A stretch of DNA of 64,000 bases. Source: Gammaproteobacteria bacterium. GTDB taxonomy: Bacteria > Pseudomonadota > Gammaproteobacteria > QZLD01. Made by a program: the position numbers and the translations under genes. Within the stretch, counting starts at the first letter, position 1. Every line of letters begins with the position of its first letter. This document shows positions 1 through 10,905 of this stretch, in pieces. The DNA is taken from positions 101,393-165,392 of the forward strand of contig JAWSVA010000014.1 of NCBI GenBank assembly GCA_033852155.1. Reading direction: 5' to 3'. The notes below the pieces were generated by a model. That model had not been told where the DNA came from, did no database searches, and worked only from the letters and a program-made list of their open reading frames with translations.

Positions 1-897
1 ACGCCTGAAGATATTATTAAGTCTGCAGACTCTGCAATGTATAGAGCTAAAGAAGTTGGAAGGAATAATTACCAGTTCTATGATAGGAAAATGTATGAAA
101 AAGCTAGAGAAAGAGCCCATTTAGAAAATGAGCTAAAAGCAGCAACATTACGTAATGATTTTGTTCTATATTATCAACCTCAAGTATCTGCAGAAACAGG
201 ACAAATCTTCGGCCTTGAAGCACTGTTAAGATGGCCTCATTATGATTTTGGTATGGTTTCACCTGCGGTATTTATTCCAGCAGCTGAGAGCACAGGATTA
301 ATTACTTCGATAGGGGAGTGGGTACTTAGAACAGTATGTAAACAAACTGAAGAATGGTATGCATTAGGAATTACAAATATTGACCTTAGCGTTGCATTAA
401 ATGTTTCAACAAGGCAATTGCGTGATGGATCATTTTCACAAATGGTTAAAGAGGTCATAGATGCTTCAAACTTAGACCCAAAACAGATCGAGATAGAGAT
501 AACTGAAAGTACTATAATGGACGATCCTGAAACAGCTATAGCAGAGCTTGAAAAAATACACAGCCTTGGTGTTAGGATCGCAATGGATGACTTTGGAACA
601 GGCTTCTCATCGTTAAGCTACTTAAATATGCTTCCTATAGACACAATCAAAATTGACCAAAGTTTTGTAAAAGATATCGGCATAGATCCAAAAGATGAAG
701 CAATTGTGAAAGCTATAATAGGGCTTGCACACACATTAGGCCTTAAAGTTATTGCTGAAGGTGTGGAGGAGGAATATCAAGTTGAATTTCTACGGGCAAA
801 CAATTGTGATATTTTGCAAGGTTACTATTATAGCCGCCCAGTAGCGGTTGATGTTGTCACCGAATTGCTTATTGAAAATACAAAACAGCAGCCTTAA
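1..897 (+). CDS. GGDEF-EAL domain c-di-GMP signalling protein, 5'-truncated by the window edge (end of GGDEF domain plus complete EAL domain)
   Basis: Translation from nt 1 reads ...ADSAMYRAKEVGRNNYQFY (GGDEF C-terminal signature), followed by an EAL domain (ELLRWPHYDFGMVSPAVFIPAAE ... QGYYYSRP). The ORF is open to the window start. Confidence 0.85.
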   Translation, partial: TPEDIIKSADSAMYRAKEVGRNNYQFYDRKMYEKARERAHLENELKAATLRNDFVLYYQPQVSAETGQIFGLEALLRWPHYDFGMVSPAVFIPAAESTGLITSIGEWVLRTVCKQTEEWYALGITNIDLSVALNVSTRQLRDGSFSQMVKEVIDASNLDPKQIEIEITESTIMDDPETAIAELEKIHSLGVRIAMDDFGTGFSSLSYLNMLPIDTIKIDQSFVKDIGIDPKDEAIVKAIIGLAHTLGLKVIAEGVEEEYQVEFLRANNCDILQGYYYSRPVAVDVVTELLIENTKQQP

Positions 898-1365
898 TGA
901 ATTAAATCATACTTCCTATTAAAACCTTGATGATAACCAGGTAGAAGAGAATTACATAATTGAGTTCATACTATCTACAACCCTATTTAACATAATATAT
1001 ATTATGCGCAATTGGAAATAGTAAAGCTAGGGCTACCCAAGACCTTGGTATAAACGTAAAAACAGCTTAAAAACGAAATATGAAGCTCGATTAACCAGCT
1101 GTGCATACAGCAAGAGCGTCACTGCCTTTTAAAAGATATCTAAACAAAAAATAATAGTAACTAGGGTTTTTCCTAGAATTTATCAGGCCTGATATTGGTA
1201 TAATTTATAAACCATTTAACCAGGTCAAATTACCCATCGCGGATTCAATCTTCAAGTGCATAACACCTACGCAGCCTTTGCAGCCAAAATCAAGTTATGC
1301 ACTTATGAGTTGAATCTAGGCATTAATAAAAAATATAGGTTCATTTTAACTACAGGAACAAGGTT

Positions 1366-1833
1366 ATGGGAAACAACATGAAAGCACTAGTAATGACAGC
1401 AATGCTTATAATAAGCATTAACTCTAATGCTGACACAACTAATGTTAAAACATGGGTAGATAAAAATGGTGTGATGCACTTTAGCAATAAAAAAGATGTT
1501 CCGTACAACGCAATAAACAAAGAAATAGAACATGGTACAGGTAAAAAATATTACAAAAAAAACTATAAAAATAAGTCTAAGAGAACAACTAAAACAGTAA
1601 CAAATAACAACACTAATACGACTACGATTAATAACTACAGAAGAAAAGCCGGAACAAAGGTATCGGTATTATGCGAAAGATGGAATCAAGAAATTAAAAA
1701 CATCGATGCAAACCTTAGAGAAGGTCATTCAGCAAGTTACGGCGTAAGAATGGAAGAAAAACGCTGGAAAATTAAAAAGAAAAAAAACAAGTGGTGTTTT
1801 AAACCACAATTACAAAGTGAATATATTAAGTGA
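1366..1833 (+). CDS. Secreted DUF4124-like protein with a Lys/Asn/Thr-rich low-complexity tail
   Basis: N-terminal signal peptide (MKALVMTAMLIISINSNA). Motif VKTWVDKNGVMHFSNKKDVP resembles the DUF4124 W-x-D-x-NG-x-H-Y/F-S signature. The remainder is low complexity. Confidence 0.5.
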   Translation: MGNNMKALVMTAMLIISINSNADTTNVKTWVDKNGVMHFSNKKDVPYNAINKEIEHGTGKKYYKKNYKNKSKRTTKTVTNNNTNTTTINNYRRKAGTKVSVLCERWNQEIKNIDANLREGHSASYGVRMEEKRWKIKKKKNKWCFKPQLQSEYIK

Positions 1834-1974
1834 TGTAATATAATATTTGGCTATTATTCTTGATGATTATGCGAAACTAAGAGGAACATAAACACTCAAT
1901 ATAAATCTAAATATATATACGGATCTATTATCTACTTTTATGTTTTATGAAGTAAGGTTTAAATGGTGATGTAA

Positions 1975-2202
1975 ATGACATTAGATAATTTTGTTTACGA
2001 TAATACTGATGCGAATGCTGAACAGTGGAATATAAAAACTCACGGATACACTTTCCTGTGTAGCTATGATCCTGCAGATGACTGGATCGAAGTTTATTGC
2101 CCAGAAATTACAAGTACTCCTAAAGGTGCTCTTGCTAAACACTGTAAACATAATTTGATCTCGCAGTATCTTGCGAGTGAATTAATCCGTTATAATTTAT
2201 AG
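1975..2202 (+). CDS. Hypothetical small protein (75 aa)
   Basis: ORF only; no recognisable motif. Confidence 0.3.
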   Translation: MTLDNFVYDNTDANAEQWNIKTHGYTFLCSYDPADDWIEVYCPEITSTPKGALAKHCKHNLISQYLASELIRYNL

Positions 2203-2310
2203 CTACTTAAGAACGCTATTCACAATTATTATTTCTAATAAATACCAGCTCATAACTATAATCTTGAAATTAAGGCTCTATACTTAATAGAGTGTTCTTA
2301 GGAGGTATTT

Positions 2311-2679
2311 ATGACTGTAAAAGTCCTAATTGTTGATGATTCAAACATGCTGCGTAACTTGTTAATTAACTTATTACCTGAAGAATATGACTACGACATT
2401 GATGAAGCTAGAGATGGCGCTGAAGCAATCCAAAAATTCTCTAATGCGGACTATAAACTAATGTTCTTAGACCTTCACATGCCAAATGTTGATGGATTTG
2501 AGGTACTAAAAACTATTGGCAAAGACGCTAAAGATTGCAGCATTATAGCTACATCAGCAGATATCCAAGATGAAGCTCAAAATCGTGCTTTTGAGTATGG
2601 TATTTGCAGTTTTATTAAAAAGCCATTTGATTACAAAGATATTTCTAACGCTGTCAATGCAGTTCTTCAACAAGAATGA
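2311..2679 (+). CDS. Single-domain response regulator (CheY-like receiver)
   Basis: KVLIVDDS ... DLHMPNVDGFEVLKTI ... receiver-domain motifs with the phospho-acceptor Asp in 'FLDLHMP'. GGAGG ribosome-binding site at 2300-2304. Confidence 0.85.
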   Translation: MTVKVLIVDDSNMLRNLLINLLPEEYDYDIDEARDGAEAIQKFSNADYKLMFLDLHMPNVDGFEVLKTIGKDAKDCSIIATSADIQDEAQNRAFEYGICSFIKKPFDYKDISNAVNAVLQQE

Positions 2680-2682
2680 CCT

Positions 2683-3075
2683 TTATAATAAGCCAACGAC
2701 ACTCTTCGCATAGAGTGACTTAACATCAATTCCACTTTTACGTACGCTTCTAATATTAGTTTTTGCCAATTCTTTATAATCATCCACTACATCTTCACCT
2801 AATGATTTTAAATCATTATTCATTTTATACATAAGTGCATTTTGCATCTCAGTTTGATTTATCAAGTACGCTTTTAATGGTTCACTACCATCATTAAGCT
2901 GGGAAAGTTGACTAACTTGGTCAGAGCTATATTGATAGCACTCTCCCAATTTATTTGCATTATAATTGCCGCACTTTTCGAATGTGCCGGCTGCAAACTC
3001 TAAGGTAGACTTTACATTTGGAGAAGTAATATCAATGCAATTATCCACGGCTTTTTTTGAATTTTTTGGATCCAT
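2683..3075 (-). CDS. Hypothetical protein (130 aa)
   Basis: ORF convergent with the receiver gene; no recognisable domain. Confidence 0.4.
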   Translation of the reverse strand: MDPKNSKKAVDNCIDITSPNVKSTLEFAAGTFEKCGNYNANKLGECYQYSSDQVSQLSQLNDGSEPLKAYLINQTEMQNALMYKMNNDLKSLGEDVVDDYKELAKTNIRSVRKSGIDVKSLYAKSVVGLL

Positions 3076-3232
3076 AAATTAACTCCAAATAAATTATTAA
3101 ACAAATGCGGAAAATCCATTTAATCCTATATATCAATGACTTCAATTATCGCACCCCTTAATGCTGCAGCGCAATAGATATTTTATTTTTTACCTGCTTG
3201 TGCCAACTGGTTCACAAGCAGGTATGTAGCTT

Positions 3233-4099
3233 TTAACCAGTTCTCTGCTTTGATAATACAAACATCCCTAGTCCTAGAACAACAATTATCAACCCAATCC
3301 ATTGATGCATATGTACATGCTCATTATTCATATACACACCTAACAACATCGCAAAAACAGGAGTCATTAACGTGATTAACCCTACACTTACAATATTCAT
3401 TTTTTGCAAAAGATAGTAATATGCAATAAACCCTAACACTGATCCACATACAGCAAGATACCCTATTGCTATAAGATTTCTGTTATTTATCGTTTCTGGT
3501 AAATTACCATCGAGTACCAACCAAACTATAAAATATAGGGCTGAGGAAAAAAACAAGGTGCCTGTAGTTTGTCCTAGTGGATGCATCCCCTTCCCTGTTA
3601 CTTTCACGCATATAGTGCTTATATTAAATAGCATTACCGCCATTATTACTGCGCATACTCCCATTGCAATATGTTGTGATGCTGAGTTTGTATGAAAAAC
3701 AACACCTAGACCAAGAATAGATATAACAATTGCTACAAATTTTGCTGGAGTTAAAAACGATTCACGCAATATTATTGCAGCTAAAATTGCTGATATTATT
3801 GGAGTTAAGCCAAACATAATCGAAATCAAACCAGATGGTACATATTGGGCTCCCCAGTAAACACATAATAGCCCACCAAAGGCCCCAATAGCTCCAGATG
3901 CATAAGCTTTGATTGAGGCACCATCAAAAAGGATTTTTATATTAAATAATTTGCATATTAAAGCGGCAAATAGAGCTGAACCTACCATACGCAGTGTTAC
4001 AGCGGCAATGAATGTGACACTTCCTGAGCTATGTGATATTGCAAGAGGTGTAGTTGACCATATTATTATGACCAGAATATAGCAGGTTATAATTTGCAT
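3233..4099 (-). CDS. EamA/DMT-family (drug/metabolite transporter) membrane protein
   Basis: About 10 predicted hydrophobic helices in a duplicated 5+5 arrangement, 288 aa; typical EamA architecture. Confidence 0.8.
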   Translation of the reverse strand: MQIITCYILVIIIWSTTPLAISHSSGSVTFIAAVTLRMVGSALFAALICKLFNIKILFDGASIKAYASGAIGAFGGLLCVYWGAQYVPSGLISIMFGLTPIISAILAAIILRESFLTPAKFVAIVISILGLGVVFHTNSASQHIAMGVCAVIMAVMLFNISTICVKVTGKGMHPLGQTTGTLFFSSALYFIVWLVLDGNLPETINNRNLIAIGYLAVCGSVLGFIAYYYLLQKMNIVSVGLITLMTPVFAMLLGVYMNNEHVHMHQWIGLIIVVLGLGMFVLSKQRTG

Positions 4100-4147
4100 T
4101 AGGTTCTCCTTTTAAAGTGTTGCGCAAATAAAGCTGCTAAAAAAAAA

Positions 4148-4182
4148 CCGCAGCTTTTATGCTGCGGTTTTTAAGAATCTTT
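4148..4182 (-). terminator. Rho-independent terminator downstream of the protease gene
   Basis: Perfect hairpin AAAACCGCAGC-ttttat-GCTGCGGTTTT, followed on the minus strand by a T-run of 10. Confidence 0.6.
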
Positions 4183-4431
4183 TTTAGTAAACTTAGATTA
4201 TGTTTTACAACCGCAACAAACAAATTGACGTGCTCGCCATGCAATAAACATGACTGCCGTATGTGCTAATTGTTTTGCTGTGAGGTGTGTAGCGTTCATG
4301 AAAATCTCTAAGTTAACCTTTAATATACTAAGTCGATCGAAAGAATATAACAACTTATAAATGATTAAATAAAAAAATGGAGTGATCACTGATCACTCCA
4401 TATATATGACATTAGATAATAGCTTGAATAA

Positions 4432-7074
4432 TTAAGGGCAGCTATTAACCTCAATCCAGTAACCTTCGGTTTGTTCCTGCAAAGATGTTGATGTGCTATA
4501 CCATATTGATCCTGTTAACCCAAGAGAATCACCAGATCCAGTTGCATAAGAATAAGAGGTATACCAAACAACATCTTCATACGCCCTACCCTCAGCTACA
4601 TGGTCATAATTAGTAGCAGTAACACATGTTTCAGGTGGTGGAGTATCATCTATTGTTGCATTTAAAGGCCCTACTTGCTGACTATCCAAACCTGTTTTAT
4701 CTGTGGCTAGGATTGTAAAGCTATAGTTACCAGGAGCAAGATTACTGAAAGTACAATTATACTGTTCTGTACCAGTACATGTTATTGAAGTGTCGGTTGT
4801 TGTTTCTTCAACTATAACATAATCAAGATCGCCATTTGCATCACTAGCCGCACCAGAAATTACAACGCTGTTACCGTCAACAGATAATTGATAATTTGTG
4901 ATGACAGGAGCTACTGGGTTAGTAATTGGACAAGTACCAATTGCAAAGTAACCTCTTGGTCTTTCATTTAAAGTAACGACATCTGAGCTTGATGTTCCTA
5001 AATCCTCTTCTGATCCAGTCGCATACCATGTTGTAGTTGTCCACCACCAGCCTGTAGTTTCACTATACGCTCTTCCAGAAGATTTATGCTCACCGTTATT
5101 TGAAGTATATTCTTTACAGCTAAATACTAATTCAAAACTTTGTGCTTCCGATGCTGCACTTAACAAGCCGCCTTCATCAATAGCTCTAGCTCTGACAGAA
5201 TAGCTACCCTCTTCCATTTCAGCGCTATAAGTAAAATCATTTAGGCCTGATACACTAAACCAGTTGCCATCACCATTTAACTCAAGCTCAACTTGAACTA
5301 GATCATCATCAGGATCTGATGCGGTGCCTGACACAGTAAAGGTAAGTTCATTGGCAACAACATCAATTGAATCTATAGCTGGTGGATTGCGTGGCATTTC
5401 AGCTGAAATGAAGCAAACCTCATCTGACCATTCGCTTTGATTTGAAGCCATATCAATAGCAAATGCTTTTACACAATGCTCACCAGCTTCAAGAGTAATA
5501 TATTTGATTGCAAGTTCAACTTGGGCATTTTGACTAGATTGATCTGAGATGTCGGTTGTTGAATATTCTGCGTTATCAACATATAAGACAATCTCTTTTA
5601 AATCACTATCAGGATCAGATGCACCTAAGGTCACCGTTGCTTCTTTTTCAGCAGTAGAAATATCGATTGAATCGATAACCGGTGGGTGCGTAACTATATC
5701 CCCGATTGCTGCAAGTAAATCAATTCTACGTTTACTCTCATCACCGATAACTTCTACACCAGAATTTTGGTAAATTGAAACTAGTTCGTCTTGATCTTGA
5801 GCAAGGTCAGGTCGAACCTGCAACATTTGAGCCGTTATCCCAGCTGCTGCTGGAGTTGCTGATGATGTTCCACCTAAAGACCAAGTTCCGCCACCACATT
5901 TTGCGCAGATTACTTCTTCTGATGGAGCATATAGATCAAGAACTGGAGATTTATTTGAATAGCAGGTTCTTTCATTTACTAATCTATCATTATCAGAGCA
6001 GTTAGCAGGTGAGAATGGTTGATAATTTGTATCGTCTTGTTCCCAAACTGAACCAATAGAGATTATATTTGAAGAACAAGCTGGACTGGCAATTTTATTA
6101 GTAAATCCATCGTTACCTGATGCCGCGAAAACAATAATTCCATTCTCGCGAGCTAAACCTGCAGCCTCATGCATTACACCGGTATCACATGTGCTAAGAT
6201 ATTCGCCACCACCTAAAGACATGCTAATAATTTTGATCGCTGGACCACCATCAACACCATCTTTATTCTCGACTACCCAGTTGATTGCATTTGCAATCGT
6301 TGAATCGTAAGCATTAGGAAAAACTGTAAGTGCATAGATGCCAGAATCTGGAGCGTATCTTCTAGTTATGGATGCTGTACCTGTACCATGGTAACACTCA
6401 GAAAATTCCTGAGAATGTATGGGTTCACCAGGATCTGAAAAATTTTCACCTGCAAAAACAACACCATTTGGAAGTTGAATACTGCCACCTAATTCTGGAT
6501 GCAAAAGGTCAAAACTAGAATCAATAATTGCAACGCCGATATCATTTCCAGTATATCCACTGGCTGCTACTACATCACTACCAACAAGTTCACGTCCTTC
6601 AACAGTGAAAAGTTTATTCAGTTTATCTATCTCAATAGTCTCAACATCTGCTCTTGCAGCAATCATTTCAGCGATTTTTAAGGAAGGAACATAACCAGCT
6701 ATAGCATTTTGAAGCTTAAGATTAGTAATCGTTGAAAAACCATTGATGCTGGTATTGCCCAAACTGTTATATAGACCGCTTTGCTTTAATGAAATAACAA
6801 AGTTGTCCTGCATCTGTTTAATTGTTTGTAAATAGTTAGAAATATTATTTGAAGCCTTTAAGCTGAAAGCATTGCTAGGCTTTTTTAAACGAATGATAAC
6901 TCGAACTGAACCCTGATTTTGAACAGAGGCTGATCTCAAGGCAGCGCTCATAGTTTCAAAAGCATCATAAACGTTGCTATTAATTTTACCATTTAATGAT
7001 GAGCTGGTGCTAGAAATTGCGTTAAAAGACAACGTCAGCATAAATGCTGAAATAATAATAGATCTAAGTATCAT
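4432..7074 (-). CDS. Secreted subtilisin-like serine protease (peptidase S8) with three tandem ~95-aa Ig-like C-terminal repeats and a Trp/Thr-rich tail
   Basis: Signal peptide MILRSIIISAFMLTLSFNAISS. Catalytic triad motifs AIIDSS (Asp), HGTGTASI (His), GTSSATPAAAG (Ser). Repeats PPVIDSIDISTAEKEATVTLGASDPDSDL / PPAIDSIDVVANELTFTVSGTASDPDDDL / APVITNYQLSVDGNSVVISGAASDANGDL. Confidence 0.9.
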   Translation of the reverse strand: MILRSIIISAFMLTLSFNAISSTSSSLNGKINSNVYDAFETMSAALRSASVQNQGSVRVIIRLKKPSNAFSLKASNNISNYLQTIKQMQDNFVISLKQSGLYNSLGNTSINGFSTITNLKLQNAIAGYVPSLKIAEMIAARADVETIEIDKLNKLFTVEGRELVGSDVVAASGYTGNDIGVAIIDSSFDLLHPELGGSIQLPNGVVFAGENFSDPGEPIHSQEFSECYHGTGTASITRRYAPDSGIYALTVFPNAYDSTIANAINWVVENKDGVDGGPAIKIISMSLGGGEYLSTCDTGVMHEAAGLARENGIIVFAASGNDGFTNKIASPACSSNIISIGSVWEQDDTNYQPFSPANCSDNDRLVNERTCYSNKSPVLDLYAPSEEVICAKCGGGTWSLGGTSSATPAAAGITAQMLQVRPDLAQDQDELVSIYQNSGVEVIGDESKRRIDLLAAIGDIVTHPPVIDSIDISTAEKEATVTLGASDPDSDLKEIVLYVDNAEYSTTDISDQSSQNAQVELAIKYITLEAGEHCVKAFAIDMASNQSEWSDEVCFISAEMPRNPPAIDSIDVVANELTFTVSGTASDPDDDLVQVELELNGDGNWFSVSGLNDFTYSAEMEEGSYSVRARAIDEGGLLSAASEAQSFELVFSCKEYTSNNGEHKSSGRAYSETTGWWWTTTTWYATGSEEDLGTSSSDVVTLNERPRGYFAIGTCPITNPVAPVITNYQLSVDGNSVVISGAASDANGDLDYVIVEETTTDTSITCTGTEQYNCTFSNLAPGNYSFTILATDKTGLDSQQVGPLNATIDDTPPPETCVTATNYDHVAEGRAYEDVVWYTSYSYATGSGDSLGLTGSIWYSTSTSLQEQTEGYWIEVNSCP

Positions 7075-7301
7075 CTAGAACTCCATGTATTGTTAAAAAT
7101 TTTGACTTATGGTCGACATATAAATTATGTATAGGGACATAAATTTGATTCACTAATTGATCGAGTGAATTATATTCATATGTATTAATACACATATTGC
7201 TAACAAATGTCTATAGGAGTTTAATTTGTAAATATTATTTACAGCTTTTAGCACCCTTACCCATAGTAACTACCTAAGTCTATCTGCATATTTTATCCCT
7301 A

Positions 7302-7742
7302 TTAATTAGTAATATACAGGGAACTTGGTAGAGTTTGCACGAACTCTTTTATCTGGTCACGAACAACGCGATAGCAGTTAAGTTTCTTTTGCTCACCTTC
7401 AACTAATGCGGCTAGTTTTGGCGGGTCATCAAAGCTTATATTAACGATGTTTGCATTAGCAGGAAATACTGGACAGGTATCATGAGCGTTATCACAAACA
7501 GTAACGACATAGTCAAAGTTAAAATGTAGAAAGTCATCAATATGCTGTGATTTATGAGAAGTTATATCGATACCCTCTTCTTGCATCACTTTAATAGCAT
7601 TGGGATTTAACCCATGGGTTTCAATTCCAGCAGAATAAGCCTCAATCTCATCTGACTTTAGCGCGTTGGTCCAACCTTCTGCCATCTGACTGCGGCAAGA
7701 ATTGCCAGTGCATAGATACAGAAGTTTAATTTTATCGCCCAT
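7302..7742 (-). CDS. arsC: Arsenate reductase, LMW-PTPase family (thioredoxin-coupled ArsC)
   Basis: P-loop LCTGNSCRSQMAEGW near the N-terminus plus a downstream Cys pair (VCDNAHDTCP) in the pI258-ArsC arrangement. Confidence 0.8.
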   Translation of the reverse strand: MGDKIKLLYLCTGNSCRSQMAEGWTNALKSDEIEAYSAGIETHGLNPNAIKVMQEEGIDITSHKSQHIDDFLHFNFDYVVTVCDNAHDTCPVFPANANIVNISFDDPPKLAALVEGEQKKLNCYRVVRDQIKEFVQTLPSSLYITN

Positions 7743-7899
7743 TTAGATTTCCTTACAGTTTACAGACTCCTGATGTTAATTATTTATCACTAGCACCAAA
7801 TAATCTACTGCTTGTTAAAATTTATCTCAAACTCATAACTTTCGAGTTCCATAAGGCGTCGCATATTCATAAAAGGCTTTATCAAAAGGCAAAAAAATA

Positions 7900-9831
7900 T
7901 CACCTTTTTGGCTTAGGTATTAAACAACGCTTATCGTTCCCAACAAGGTTGTTTTTACCCATTTCATAAAGTGTTTTACGCAGAAGGTCCCAATTTTTAG
8001 GATCGTGGTAGCGTAAGAATGCTTTTTGCAGATGACGCTGGCGTCCTTTTTTGACATTTTTTATAGTGTCACTTTCGCGAGTTACGCGATTAGTTACATC
8101 AAGATCTGTGTGATACATCGCTGCGGCTTTGGTAAGCGGTGTAGGATAAAAATTCTGTACTTGATCGACCCTGAATTTATTCCGTTTTAACCAGATTGCC
8201 AGATCCAACATATCCTGATCTGATGTTCCTGGGTGCCCGGCTATAAAATAAGGGATGATATATTGCTCTTTGCCAGCTTCTTTGGAATATTGCATGAAGA
8301 GTTGAATGAAGCGTTCAAAAACATCAACTCCAGGTTTATACATCATGCGTAATACTGGTTTTTGTGTGTGTTCTGGAGCAATTTTTAAATAACCACCAAC
8401 ATGGTGTTGAACAAGCTCTCTGATATAAGGTTTTGATCTTAGAGCGAGATCATGCCTTATTCCTGAACCAATCAGTATTTTTTTAATGCCAGGAAGTTGG
8501 CGCGATTTCTGATATAGCTCAATAAGGGGTTTATGATTATCATCAAGATTGCTGCAGATCTCGGGGTATAAACATGATGGACGCTTGCATTTCTTACAAG
8601 CTTCAAAATTCTTCCCTTTCATCTTGTACATATTGGCACTTGGACCACCGACATCACTTATAATACCGGTAAAACCTGGCGCTGAGGATTCGATTTTGCT
8701 TATTTCTTCTAATACCGATTCTTCTGATCTTGATTGAATAAATTTCCCTTCATGAGCCCCTATAGAACAGAAACTACAGCCACCAAAGCACCCACGCATG
8801 ATGTTTACCGAGAATCGAATCATCTCATATGCAGGCATCTTATTTTTTGCATAATCAGGGTGAGGAATACGTTTAAAAGGAAGATCATAAACGTAATCGA
8901 TCTCCTCTGTTGATAAAGGCATAGGAGGAGGATTCTGCCAAACAACCCTCTTATCATGGATCTGCATCAAAGGGTGCGCGGAATAAGGGTTAAGATTCTG
9001 GTTAAAATGGTAACTGGCATGGGCATATAAGGTTGAATCCGTGCTTACTTCCTCATATGAGGGTACTAAAATGACACTTTCAGATTTGCTTTCAACTTTA
9101 TTCGATTTTTTAAGTTTTGATGGGATTTCAGTTTGATCATCTAGTACCACCCCTTCTGGAATAGCTGATAGAGAAACAACAGTGCCTGGAACAGAAGTTA
9201 TCTCAGATGCAATGGTGCCATTTGCTAGCTTGTACGCTATTTCGGCTAGTGGTCTTTCACCATTCCCATAGACAAGGATATCAGCCTTGGAATCGACTAA
9301 AATAGACCTGCGTACTTTGTCTGACCAGTAATCATAATGAGCCACCCTGCGCAAGCTTGCTTCAATGCCGCCGATTATAATAGGCACATCTTTATATGCC
9401 TCGCGACATCGCTGACTATATACGATCACAGATCTATCAGGACGTTTATTAGGAGCGCCATCAGGTGAATATGAATCATCACTTCTGATCTTTTTATCTG
9501 CGGTGTATCTATTGATCATAGAATCCATATTGCCGGAGGTAACGCCGTAAAAAAGATTAGGTTTACCCAAACGCATAAAATCTGTTTTGGAGTTCCAATC
9601 TGGTTGATCGATGATCCCAACTCGATAACCTAATGATTCAAGGTAGCGACCAATTATGGCCATTCCAAAGCTCGGATGATCGATATAGGCATCGCCAGTT
9701 ACCAAAACAACATCACAGCTGTCCCAACCAAGTTGATCCATTTCATCTTTTGATCTAGGCAGAAAATCGGATACGCCATAACACTCTGCCCAATATTTTG
9801 GGTAGTGAAGGATATTATTAAATGACAGCAC
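7900..9831 (-). CDS. ygiQ: YgiQ-family (UPF0313) radical SAM protein
   Basis: N-terminus [56 protein letters not shown] closely matches the conserved YgiQ N-terminal domain. Radical SAM Cys cluster ([11 protein letters not shown]). 643 aa. Confidence 0.9.
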   Translation of the reverse strand: MLSFNNILHYPKYWAECYGVSDFLPRSKDEMDQLGWDSCDVVLVTGDAYIDHPSFGMAIIGRYLESLGYRVGIIDQPDWNSKTDFMRLGKPNLFYGVTSGNMDSMINRYTADKKIRSDDSYSPDGAPNKRPDRSVIVYSQRCREAYKDVPIIIGGIEASLRRVAHYDYWSDKVRRSILVDSKADILVYGNGERPLAEIAYKLANGTIASEITSVPGTVVSLSAIPEGVVLDDQTEIPSKLKKSNKVESKSESVILVPSYEEVSTDSTLYAHASYHFNQNLNPYSAHPLMQIHDKRVVWQNPPPMPLSTEEIDYVYDLPFKRIPHPDYAKNKMPAYEMIRFSVNIMRGCFGGCSFCSIGAHEGKFIQSRSEESVLEEISKIESSAPGFTGIISDVGGPSANMYKMKGKNFEACKKCKRPSCLYPEICSNLDDNHKPLIELYQKSRQLPGIKKILIGSGIRHDLALRSKPYIRELVQHHVGGYLKIAPEHTQKPVLRMMYKPGVDVFERFIQLFMQYSKEAGKEQYIIPYFIAGHPGTSDQDMLDLAIWLKRNKFRVDQVQNFYPTPLTKAAAMYHTDLDVTNRVTRESDTIKNVKKGRQRHLQKAFLRYHDPKNWDLLRKTLYEMGKNNLVGNDKRCLIPKPKR

Positions 9832-10056
9832 TAAATAGAGAACTCCAAAGGAAGGGTTTTTGAATTATTTACCATTTTATAGATATAGGCTGCAAATTCA
9901 ATCACAGTATTGCAAACCCAGCTCTTTTCTTACTTGCATAAGCTGTATATTTTAACTAAATATTATATAAGAAGTTATTAAATGTATTTGCTTAATTATC
10001 CGTATAACAATAAAGATTATATTATGCGATGTGTATAAACCTTATGGGAGCTGTTA

Positions 10057-10875
10057 GTGCCTAAAGTTAATACTGGTGAAGTTGACCTTTACTATGAATA
10101 TGTCGGAGCCGGTGATGAATGCATTGTCTTACTCAACGGGGTGATGATGAGCACTGAAGCCTGGGGGCATCAAACTCCTGTACTTTCAAAGCATTACAAG
10201 GTGCTCCTGAATGATTTTCGTGGGCAGGGTCGATCTTCAAAACCAGATCATCCATACACCTTTGATATGCATGTAACGGATTTAAAATACCTTTTAGACG
10301 AGCTTGGAATAAAGAAAGCTCACTTTGTCGGAACATCTTATGGAGCTGAAGTGGGTATGCACTTCGCCATAAAACACCCCGAATATGTAAAAAGCCTTAT
10401 AACAGCAACAGCTGTAAGTGAATCAGATTATCTACTGAAGCAAAAAATCGAATCATGGTGTATTGCCGCAAGGCACGCATTAGAGTTAGGTAAAAGTGCA
10501 AAATATGATTTCTTTTTACTTTCTGCACCATATAATTTTTCAACATCATTTCTTGCTACCCACCCAACCTTCCTAGATGAGAAAGCAAAAGAAGTCGCAA
10601 AACTGCCTGATGAATGGTTTAGAGCATTTATACATCTATGCGAGTGCTTTAAAAGCCTGGATATAACTGACCAGTTACACAAAATCAAAGCAAAGACTTT
10701 AATCATTTCTGCGGAGAATGACACTCTAAAATCAGTGCGCTATTCTGCCATCATGGCTAAACAAATACCCGATAGTGAATCAGTTATTGTGATGGAAGCA
10801 GGCCACTCTATGGTAATAGAAAGCTCATCTGAGTTTCTCACCTGCTTAATGGGGTTTATTAATAAATTGGTATAG
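10057..10875 (+). CDS. Alpha/beta-fold hydrolase
   Basis: Nucleophile elbow GTSYG, 272 aa, HGxP-type N-terminal region (LLNGVMMST); typical alpha/beta hydrolase layout. Confidence 0.8.
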   Translation: MPKVNTGEVDLYYEYVGAGDECIVLLNGVMMSTEAWGHQTPVLSKHYKVLLNDFRGQGRSSKPDHPYTFDMHVTDLKYLLDELGIKKAHFVGTSYGAEVGMHFAIKHPEYVKSLITATAVSESDYLLKQKIESWCIAARHALELGKSAKYDFFLLSAPYNFSTSFLATHPTFLDEKAKEVAKLPDEWFRAFIHLCECFKSLDITDQLHKIKAKTLIISAENDTLKSVRYSAIMAKQIPDSESVIVMEAGHSMVIESSSEFLTCLMGFINKLV

Positions 10876-10905
10876 TTAATTGTTCATAAAGAATAATTAA
10901 CCTAC

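Noticed and set aside
240-458. 72-aa ORF antisense to the EAL-domain gene
   Set aside because: Completely embedded in the opposite strand of a well-supported domain-coding region; no ribosome-binding site; typical shadow ORF.
4198-4389. 63-aa ORF between the protease gene and its terminator
   Set aside because: AT-rich and low-complexity, no ribosome-binding site; lies in the 3' UTR/terminator region of the protease gene. Likely non-coding.
5549-6681. Three small plus-strand ORFs (5549-5773, 5775-6005, 6499-6681) inside the protease gene
   Set aside because: All are antisense to the S8 protease coding sequence, whose motifs are intact.
8549-8737. 62-aa plus-strand ORF inside ygiQ
   Set aside because: Antisense to a strongly supported radical SAM gene.
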